Below are positions 26,439-32,663 of a stretch of DNA of 42,944 nucleotides, piece after piece (position 1 is the stretch's first letter; the number at the start of each line of letters is the position of its first letter). The notes beneath the pieces were generated by a model. The model saw nothing but the letters and a program-made list of their open reading frames with translations, made no database searches and was not told the origin of the DNA. The position numbers were made by a program, and so were the translations under genes. Origin of the DNA: an uncultured Planctomycetaceae bacterium (GTDB taxonomy: Bacteria > Planctomycetota > Planctomycetia > Planctomycetales > Planctomycetaceae); NCBI GenBank assembly GCA_964459965.1, contig CAYWOV010000001.1, positions 1 through 42,944 on the forward strand, written 5' to 3'.

Positions 26439-26681
26439 TCAGGCCGCCTTGCGGCTTGGCGCCTTGGCGGCTTTGCGTGAGATCTTGCGCGTGGCGGCCG
26501 CCGGCGGCCGCTTCACGCGCGGCGCTGAGCGCGCCGGGCGGCCAAAGTAGGCGATCGCCAGCATCCCGCTGGCCAGCACGGCGAAGCCGGCGGCCGGGCG
26601 GCCGAGCATCACCAGCAGCAGGCCGGCCAGGGCAACCATCGCCCAAAAAATCCAAAGTGCGGTCTCGCTGTTCTCGTTCAT
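26439..26681 (-). CDS. Small two-TM membrane protein with a basic tail
   Basis: One of only two convincing minus-strand ORFs. TM segments ALWIFWAMVALAGLLLVML and AGFAVLASGMLAIAYF. The C-terminal tail is encoded by a family-A repeat. No clear SD. Confidence 0.45.
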   Translation of the reverse strand: MNENSETALWIFWAMVALAGLLLVMLGRPAAGFAVLASGMLAIAYFGRPARSAPRVKRPPAAATRKISRKAAKAPSRKAA

Positions 26682-26892
26682 GGGGGGAAAAGGGATTTGG
26701 GGGATTTAGGGATTTAGAGATTCGGCCCAGGGGCTCTTATCGGCGTGGCCCGGGCTGGGAAACGAGCCGGCCGCGGAAAACGGGGCCCCAGGATTGCGCC
26801 TCTTGCGTTTCGAGCCGTCCGTCCGATGCCCGGGGCCTGGCCGCTTGCAACGCGACAGCGTCGAAGCTACGCTATGGAGAGTGCCGCGACTT

Positions 26893-26941
26893 GCGGACTG
26901 TCGATCCGAAGGTTGCGGGTTCGATTCCCGTCGTCCTCGCC
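26893..26941 (+). other. tRNA-Asp(GTC)-like 3' half (anticodon loop to acceptor end); candidate attP core
   Basis: T-arm GCGGG-TTCGATT-CCCGT, 3' acceptor strand CGTCCTC + G + CC, variable AGGTT and anticodon loop CTGTCGA. No complementary 5' acceptor strand or D-arm is found upstream. Confidence 0.5.
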
Positions 26942-27025
26942 TTGTTTTCCCCAGAAACGGGGGGTGGACTAGACGGGCTCTTTTTTGCGCCCCCTCGTCC
27001 ATCCCCACCCATGGAGGGTGAGACG

Positions 27026-27337
27026 ATGGCAATCGTATGCTATTTCGCGTTCGAGGCGGCGTTCCAATCGGCGGCCATGGCGCAGAGCATCGTGGCAGAG
27101 GAATTGGGCGTGGAAGGCGACAGCGCCTTCAGCGCACGCTCCTACCTCGTAGCCCTCGAATTCGCCCGGGAACTGCACGACGAAATCGCAGACGACCTGG
27201 AAGATTCGGGGGGAGAAATTTCCGAGAGCAACGTGCTCCGCCTGATGCTGATCGCGGTGGTGCATGGCCAGGAGAAAAGCAGCAATTTAAGACAACGTCT
27301 TCGGGCCAACGCTAAGTTCCTGAACGGCGAGGTTTGA
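27026..27337 (+). CDS. Hypothetical acidic protein
   Basis: GGAGGG lies 6 nt upstream of the ATG at 27026. 103 aa, lower GC. Confidence 0.55.
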   Translation: MAIVCYFAFEAAFQSAAMAQSIVAEELGVEGDSAFSARSYLVALEFARELHDEIADDLEDSGGEISESNVLRLMLIAVVHGQEKSSNLRQRLRANAKFLNGEV

Positions 27338-27530
27338 AATAGGTGGTTCCACGGGGGCCGGCAGAGAGCTTTCGCCGAGGCTGATTCGCTTCACACGATT
27401 GCAAGAACACCTCTGCCGGCCCTCATTTTTGGACGAAGCGAAAAAAATTTCCGGGGGCAAGAACCCCAGCTTTTCTCGGGCCTTTCTTGGCCTGTGGGTC
27501 TTCGTCGCCAAAATTCTTGGGCCAGACCGC

Positions 27531-27560
27531 TTGACACGATTGGGGGCGGCGATCTAAATT
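27531..27560 (+). promoter_or_regulatory. Sigma70-like promoter candidate
   Basis: TTGACA at 27531-27536, an 18-nt spacer, then TAAATT at 27555-27560. It sits in a 470-bp lower-GC intergenic region. Confidence 0.35.
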
Positions 27561-27810
27561 GCTCGCGTTCGTGTAATGCGTAGTGTGTATCGAATCAGCC
27601 GTCTCTCAGCCATCCCCTAAGGCTCTTGCCCCTGGGTTGACCGAGGTCGGCCTGAACAACCGACCCGGCGTCTGGCCGATTCCGCCGCACACCGGTCAAC
27701 TCCCGGGGTTTTTTGCGTAGTTTCGAGTCGCGGCGCGGGGGAGAAGGACACGCAACCCGCGCCGCGGCTTGAGACGTTTTTCACGCGGTTGCGTGGAAAG
27801 GAGCCGAATC

Positions 27811-28272
27811 GTGGGGACCCTCGAAGCTCCCCCGTGCCGCTTGCACGGCAGCCTGGAAGCCTACCGCGATCAGTTCGTCCTGGGGCCGCAGGCCCGCACG
27901 TCGATCAAGCTGCGGCGGCTCCAGCAGACCACGTTCGAGCAACTGGACCGGCTCTTCGCCAGCGGCCAGACCGCGGCCGAGCGCTCGGCCTCCCGCCGCT
28001 ACGGCATCGAGTTCCTCTTGGATCGGCTGTTCAAGGCCCTGGAACGATACCGGCGCGATCTGGAGCGGGCCCGCTCCGACGGCACAAGCGACGCGGGCCG
28101 TGAGCGGCTCTTGGGGCGAGCGATGGCGCTTTATCGGATTTTTCCCAAGGGCACGATCGAGTTTCCACCGCCGGCCGACGCCGGCGAAAGCGGCGGTGAT
28201 CGATCGACCAGCGCCGGAAACGCCGGGGACGCCGGCGTGGCCCATGAACTCCATGCAGGAGCCCAGCGATGA
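27811..28272 (+). CDS. Hypothetical protein (early region)
   Basis: AAAGGAG lies 7 nt upstream of the GTG at 27811. The C-terminal tail is a family-G repeat. Confidence 0.5.
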   Translation: MGTLEAPPCRLHGSLEAYRDQFVLGPQARTSIKLRRLQQTTFEQLDRLFASGQTAAERSASRRYGIEFLLDRLFKALERYRRDLERARSDGTSDAGRERLLGRAMALYRIFPKGTIEFPPPADAGESGGDRSTSAGNAGDAGVAHELHAGAQR

Positions 28273-28451
28273 GCAGCAGCAACCAGCCGCCGCAGAGAAG
28301 CGCCCGGCCCTATTCGGTCAGCGAATTCAAGGAGCAGCGGGCCGAGTTGACCATCGGCCTCATCCCCCTGGTCGCCCACATGCGGCACCGCGGGCGGATC
28401 GCGGCCGACGCGCTGCGGGCGGTGGATCACGCGAAGGCGCAAAGGCGCTGA
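28269..28451 (+). CDS. Small hypothetical protein
   Basis: ATGA overlap with the upstream ORF. The last codons run into a family-A repeat. Confidence 0.4.
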   Translation: MSSSNQPPQRSARPYSVSEFKEQRAELTIGLIPLVAHMRHRGRIAADALRAVDHAKAQRR

Positions 28452-28457
28452 GAAAGG

Positions 28458-28490
28458 CACCACGGAGACACCGAGGGCACGGAGACAAGG
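28458..28490 (+). repeat. Dispersed repeat family B (representative copy); consensus CACCACGGAGACACGGAGAGCACGGAG
   Basis: Forward copies: 28458-28490, 29027-29060, 35562-35594, 41127-41152, 41848-41880. Reverse copy: 41909-41931. Confidence 0.8.
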
Positions 28491-28628
28491 GCTCACGCGA
28501 AGGCGCAAAGGCGCTAAGAAAGGAAACAAAAAGGGCGGCGGCCCGGTGACACCGTTTTCAAGCTGGAGACGCGCGAGGGATGGAAATCTCGCGGCGGGCC
28601 GCCGCCCCGAAAACAAAGGAACAACGCC

Positions 28629-29075
28629 ATGGATTCTACCGCGAAAAACGGCCGCGTCAAGGCGGAAGCGCCCGTCCGGCGCCGTGTCTACCAATACTCG
28701 CGCCGCCGTGTCTACCAATACTCGCGCCTGCTCACGCTCAGCGTCGGCCGCGACCTCGACCACCGCTTCCATTGCTGGTTAAGCGAGTACGGCCGCTACG
28801 ATCGGCTCTTTTTCAGCGAGGCCCTGCCGCCAAGAAAGACCTTCGCCGAGGCGGAGGCCGACCTGGAACGCTTCGCCCGCGCCAAGGGCCTGGTGCAGAT
28901 CGCCGATGAGCAGGTGTGCCGCGTCTGCGGCTGCACGCATGAATCGGCCTTCTGCGAGGAGACCGGCGAGCCGTGCCACTGGATCGAGGAGGACCTGTGC
29001 AGCGCGTGCGTGGGCAAAGCGGAAGATTCACCACGGAGCCACGGAGAGCACGGAGGGGGAAAGGGCCATGGGTGA
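28629..29075 (+). CDS. Cys-rich protein (CxxCGC...C...C...CxxC)
   Basis: Motif CRVCGCTHESAFCEETGEPCHWIEEDLCSAC. It contains a 24-bp tandem duplication, and its tail is a family-B repeat. Confidence 0.55.
   Translation: MDSTAKNGRVKAEAPVRRRVYQYSRRRVYQYSRLLTLSVGRDLDHRFHCWLSEYGRYDRLFFSEALPPRKTFAEAEADLERFARAKGLVQIADEQVCRVCGCTHESAFCEETGEPCHWIEEDLCSACVGKAEDSPRSHGEHGGGKGHG
28680..28727 (+). repeat. Two perfect tandem copies of the 24-bp unit CGCCGTGTCTACCAATACTCGCGC
   Basis: Read directly. Encodes RRVYQYSR twice. Confidence 0.9.
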
Positions 29076-29838
29076 GCATACGGGCATCGCCTGGTGCGAC
29101 GCGACGTTCAATCCCTGGTGGGGCTTGTGGGGACCGCAAGGCCCGCGGCGGTTCTTTGACGATGAGCATTGGCGCGAGCCACTGCGATGGAACATCTCGT
29201 CGCGCAAGCTGGGTCAACGCCGGCGGGTTTTTTGCGGCTCGATGTGCGATGTCTTTGAGGATCGCGAGGACGTGGCCGAGCCGCGCTCCCGCCTGGCGTC
29301 GCTCGTCGACCAGACGCCCTTTCTCGACTGGCTGCTCCTGACGAAGCGCCCCGAGAACGTGATGCGGCTCTGGGACCGGGCCGCCACGGACTGGGGCGAG
29401 CCGGGCAGCCTGGCTCTGCCGCTGCGGAATATCTGGATGGGCATCACCGGGGAGGAGCAGCGGTTTCTCGACGAGCGGCATGGCCACCTGGCCGGAATCG
29501 CGGCGCTGAAAAGCTTCTGGTCGCTGGAACCGCTCTTGGGGCCGATCGACTGCGAGCGGGCCTGGCGCAATTCGAGGATTCCCGACTGGCTGATCATCGG
29601 CTGTGAAAGGTTACCGGGCAACGGCGCCGGGCGGAGGTGCGCGTTTTGGTGGGTCAGAGACCTCGTCGCTCAGGCGCGGGCCGCCGGCGTACCTGTCTTC
29701 GTCAAGCAGTTGGCGATCGAGGGCCGCGTGTCGGCCGATCCGGACGACTGGCCGGAGGACCTGCGGATTCAGGAGTTTCCCCTTTGCGCCTCTGCGCCTT
29801 TGCGTGAGACCCCTGTTCCGCCGGAGGCGTCGGCATGA
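29068..29838 (+). CDS. Phage Gp37/Gp68 (DUF5131)-like protein lacking the N-terminal Cys cluster
   Basis: Motifs TGIAWCDATFNPWWG, RRVFCGSMCDVFED, WLLLTKRPENV and VPVFVKQL. The usual GC..S.GC.nCYA segment after NP..G is absent. Confidence 0.65.
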   Translation: MGEHTGIAWCDATFNPWWGLWGPQGPRRFFDDEHWREPLRWNISSRKLGQRRRVFCGSMCDVFEDREDVAEPRSRLASLVDQTPFLDWLLLTKRPENVMRLWDRAATDWGEPGSLALPLRNIWMGITGEEQRFLDERHGHLAGIAALKSFWSLEPLLGPIDCERAWRNSRIPDWLIIGCERLPGNGAGRRCAFWWVRDLVAQARAAGVPVFVKQLAIEGRVSADPDDWPEDLRIQEFPLCASAPLRETPVPPEASA

Positions 29839-29890
29839 TGGGCGAGAGGAGGGGATTTAGGGGAGAGGGATTTGGGGATTTTGGCAGCGT

Positions 29891-29919
29891 CGAGCTTCGG
29901 ACTATATGTCCGAAGCTCG
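29891..29919. promoter_or_regulatory. Perfect 29-bp palindrome CGAGCTTCGGAC-TATAT-GTCCGAAGCTCG
   Basis: Read directly: 12-bp arms around a central TATAT. Confidence 0.8.
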
Positions 29920-30050
29920 GCGGTACCCGCCCGCTTGCAATATGGAAGAGGGGCCCGCGGCGGAGGGCGGAAGGCACAGGGTCGTCCCCCCGACGATCCG
30001 ACGATTGCCGACGCCTTCCGCCTTCCGCCGCCGGCCCGTTTGCAAAGGCG

Positions 30051-30075
30051 GACGGCGGAGGGCGGAAGGGGGAAG
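30051..30075 (+). repeat. Dispersed repeat family C (representative copy); consensus GGCGGAGGGCGGAAGGGGGAAGG
   Basis: Forward copies: 8584-8613, 17664-17696, 29957-29974, 30051-30075, 30253-30282, 38477-38505. Reverse copies: 8389-8430, 9961-9988, 30014-30031, 30114-30138, 38319-38340. Confidence 0.8.
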
Positions 30076-30540
30076 GAAACGACCAGGCCAGAGAAGAGGC
30101 GGGCCTCTCCGGACTTCCCCCTTCCGCCTTCCGCCGTCCCCCTTATTTCCGATCTCCGCTCCGCCGCTCGGCGGCAACGTGGCATGTGGTTGTCTCTCCT
30201 TACCACGGGACATGGTGCGGCGTCGTCGAGCGGCGCAGCGGGGATCGGGGGGCGGCGCGGAGGGCGGATCGTGGAGGGCGGCCGGGAGAGTCGCCGCGGG
30301 ACAGCCGGGCCATCACCTGCCCGGTCCTGCGGATGGTACGAAAACCGGCCGCCTTCCACCGTCGGCCCTCGCGTGGGCGCCCTGGTGGGGTTTGAACGAC
30401 TGCACATCGTGAAAACTGCTTTTTGCAAAATGGAAGACGGAAGGGAGGCGCGTGGAAGTTCGGGCGACGTGCCCGGGCCGCGTCTCTCGCGGGTGGCGTG
30501 ACGGTGGGAGCGGGGCGCCCACGCGCGGGCTGAGCCGACA

Positions 30541-30587
30541 GGGATTTGGAGAGCAGGGATTTAGGGACCGGGGATTTAGGGATTTGG
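30541..30587 (+). repeat. Dispersed repeat family D (representative copy); unit GGGATTT(A/G), reverse form CCCCAAATCCCTAAATCCC / CCAATCCCCAATCC
   Basis: Forward copies: 26393-26416, 26691-26728, 29851-29884, 30541-30587, 39981-40016, 42303-42330. Reverse copies: 30593-30620, 30757-30783, 34101-34140, 35776-35800, 40034-40068, 41161-41192. Confidence 0.8.
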
Positions 30588-30831
30588 CGTCTCGAAATCC
30601 CGTAATCCCAAAATCCCTCGTCTAACTACACTGGAGCAATAGCGGTGGATTGCCCTTCGGCACGGACGAGCTTCACACTACGCAACGGCACTTGGGCCGG
30701 GGCCGTCCGCCATCACGTAAGGACTCTGCACCATGCACGACCTGTTCTTGCCCGCTCGAAATCCCCAAATCCCCAAATCCCTGCCGTCCCCCATCACCAC
30801 TCCCGCCTCGGCCTGGCCCGACGCCGGCGAG

Positions 30832-31920
30832 ATGCTTTTCAGCGAGGCGGTGGAGGCCTGGTTTGCAAGCCGATCGCACCTCAGTCAGAAGACGCTCGAT
30901 GGAAATCGCTCCGTGGCCTGGTCCATATTCCGCTTCGTGCGGGCGAACCTCTCGCTCTACGCGCTGCGCAAGCTGCATCCCACGCTGGCCGCCGAGTGGT
31001 TGCAATGGCTACAGGCCAATCCGCCCACACAGGCCAAGGCCTGGTCGTTGCCCAGGGACTTTTCGCGGGAGAGCGTGGCGCTGTTCCTCCAGGACTGCGA
31101 CGCGACGCCGGAGATGGCGGGCAAGACGCGGCGGCGGAAATCGACCGTGAATCGCTTTTGGCGGGATGGCGGCAGCCAGCTCTGCAAGTGGCTGGGGCAG
31201 ACGGCCCGACCCACGAAAAAGGACCTGCCGCGGCCGCGGCGGACGCAGCCCTTGGTGCCCACGCTGGAGGAAATCGCCGCCCGCTGGCGGGACATCCTCA
31301 TCGGCGGCCAAGGCGAGGCCACCGCCAGCCAGCGCCGCCGCGTGGTGCTCACGCAGGGCTTTTTATTGCTCACCGGCCTGCGCAAGCAGGAGGGCCTCTT
31401 GGTCGAACAGCGGGGCCTGCAGGACTCGTTCCTCCTGGTGCCCGGCGAGATTACCAAGCCGCGGGTTCCCAAGATGATTTGCATCAATGGGCAGGCCTTG
31501 GGCGTAGCCGCCGCGCTCCGCGGGCAGTTGACCTTCGGATTCGCGGAAGGAAAACGGCATCGGCTGTTGGGCTGGCCCTACACGCCGGGCCACTGGGACC
31601 ACCTGGTGGCCAAGTGCGGACCGGCGGCCTGGAAGAATCAGCAGCAGTCCTTGCGCCAGCGCTGCGCGACCTGGGTGCGCGCCCGCGATCCGGACGCCGA
31701 GCGGGTGCAGCTTGGCCACGGCGGCGGCGACGTGGTGCAGATTCACTACCTGGACAAGCTGCGGGAACTGCCGGCTCTGATGAATCAATTCGTCTTGCCG
31801 GACCTCGACGTACCCGGCTTCGCCTGGCCGGCGCCGATCCAGGCCAGCCACGCCGTGCCCAGGGAGCTTTATGCCGAGTTCGACGAGCTCATGGACGCCT
31901 GCGAGCCGGCGGCGGCCTGA
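30832..31920 (+). CDS. int: Tyrosine recombinase / integrase
   Basis: N-terminal SAM-like FSEAVEAWFASRSHLSQKTLDGNRS. Box I LLLTGLRKQE. QSLRQRCATW occupies the HxxR position (Q replaces H). LGHGGGDVVQIHY provides the catalytic Tyr. I prefer the ATG at 30832, because the upstream codons of track ORF 30733.. are a family-D repeat. Confidence 0.75.
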   Translation: MLFSEAVEAWFASRSHLSQKTLDGNRSVAWSIFRFVRANLSLYALRKLHPTLAAEWLQWLQANPPTQAKAWSLPRDFSRESVALFLQDCDATPEMAGKTRRRKSTVNRFWRDGGSQLCKWLGQTARPTKKDLPRPRRTQPLVPTLEEIAARWRDILIGGQGEATASQRRRVVLTQGFLLLTGLRKQEGLLVEQRGLQDSFLLVPGEITKPRVPKMICINGQALGVAAALRGQLTFGFAEGKRHRLLGWPYTPGHWDHLVAKCGPAAWKNQQQSLRQRCATWVRARDPDAERVQLGHGGGDVVQIHYLDKLRELPALMNQFVLPDLDVPGFAWPAPIQASHAVPRELYAEFDELMDACEPAAA

Positions 31921-32127
31921 AACATGAATACACTCACGCGGAGTCGTGGAGGGCTGCTGGACGCATCCAACGCGGACAAGGAAAACAGCCTTGTGTTTCC
32001 GCGGCTCCGCGTGAGACTTTTTTCTCTCGTGGAGGCGGGCGCAAGATGGCGATCGGACCCTTTGCGTCTTTGCGCCTTTGCGTGAGCCTTTTTTCGACCT
32101 GGTGTTCTTGAAACGAAGGAGCAAGCG

Positions 32128-32373
32128 ATGCTGATCCTGGTACGGAAGGAAAATGAAAAGGTGCTGATGCCCGCGCTGGGCATCACGATCACCGTCTGCC
32201 GCCTCAAGGGCGACAAGGTATGCCTGGGCATCGACGCCCCGCGGGAGGTCGAGATTCAGCGCGAAGAGGTCCTGCAACGGATTCTCTTGGGCCAGATTCT
32301 CCAAGCGCCGCCGGCGATCGCCGCGGACCTGGTGCTACCGCCGGAACCGGCGGGGAGGGTTTTGGCATCATGA
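32128..32373 (+). CDS. csrA: CsrA/RsmA-family RNA-binding translational regulator
   Basis: MLILVRKENEKVLM...ITITVCRLKGDKVCLGIDAPREVEIQREEV is collinear with bacterial CsrA. Strong SD (AAGGAG). Confidence 0.88.
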   Translation: MLILVRKENEKVLMPALGITITVCRLKGDKVCLGIDAPREVEIQREEVLQRILLGQILQAPPAIAADLVLPPEPAGRVLAS

Positions 32374-32615
32374 CGACCGAAACGCTTTTGCGCCTCGGGC
32401 CGCACGATTGGGTCAATCCGGCGGATATCGCCGCCGTGCGGTGGTTCAGCAGCCCGGTCACGGAGCATTGGGAGCTGCGCATCTGGCACCCGGCTGCCTG
32501 GCCGGCGATGTATTTCGTCGTCGCCCGGGACTGCGAATTGGACGTGGTGAAGGCCCTGGGCATCGAGCCGCGGCCGCCGATCGAGCGCGCGGAAGCGGCG
32601 GAGAAAGTCGATTAG
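32370..32615 (+). CDS. Small protein translationally coupled to csrA (unknown function)
   Basis: ATGA overlap with the csrA stop. 81 aa, Trp-rich, ordinary composition. Confidence 0.55.
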   Translation: MTTETLLRLGPHDWVNPADIAAVRWFSSPVTEHWELRIWHPAAWPAMYFVVARDCELDVVKALGIEPRPPIERAEAAEKVD

Positions 32616-32663
32616 GCGCGGCGGCGCGGCCGCGCGGAAGACAACGAACGAAGGGATTCAACC

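Larger units (their letters stand above)
29839..30730. repeat. 0.9-kb non-coding, hairpin-dense region built from family C and D repeats
   Basis: Only Arg/Gly/Pro-rich shadow ORFs on both strands. Long inverted pairs at 29957-29974/30014-30031, 30051-30075/30114-30138 and 30541-30587/30593-30620. Confidence 0.7.

Noticed and set aside
26860-26941. A complete tRNA gene.
   Set aside because: Only the anticodon loop, T-arm and 3' acceptor strand are present. I could find no GAGGACG-type 5' acceptor strand and no foldable D-arm in the 80 nt upstream. I therefore treat it as a tRNA fragment and attP candidate.
25949-27337. 462-aa + strand ORF spanning the PLD gene, the tRNA-like fragment and ORF 27026..27337.
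   Set aside because: It is Arg/Gly/Pro-rich junk for its first 360 codons or so. It overlaps the well-supported PLD nuclease frame and crosses non-coding repeats. Only its last 103 codons (27026..27337, own SD) look real.
27287-27511. 74-aa minus-strand ORF in the 27.3-27.5 kb intergenic region.
   Set aside because: It has a non-ATG start and no SD, overlaps the 3' end of ORF 27026..27337, and its sequence is unconvincing. The region is better explained as regulatory DNA.
28427-30620. Possible CRISPR array, suggested by clustered short repeats (28427-28523 and 29851-30620).
   Set aside because: The units are 7-9 nt stutters without unique spacers of about 30 nt. The copies are degenerate, occur in both orientations and are dispersed genome-wide. 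No cas genes are present.
30645-32111. 488-aa ORF overlapping the integrase in another frame; also 35050..35805 upstream of dam and 34178..34321 upstream of the DNA-binding gene.
   Set aside because: The composition is shadow-like (Arg/Ala/Gly/Pro). The alternative frame carries tyrosine-recombinase boxes. The N-terminal extensions consist of repeat elements or overlap better-supported ORFs.
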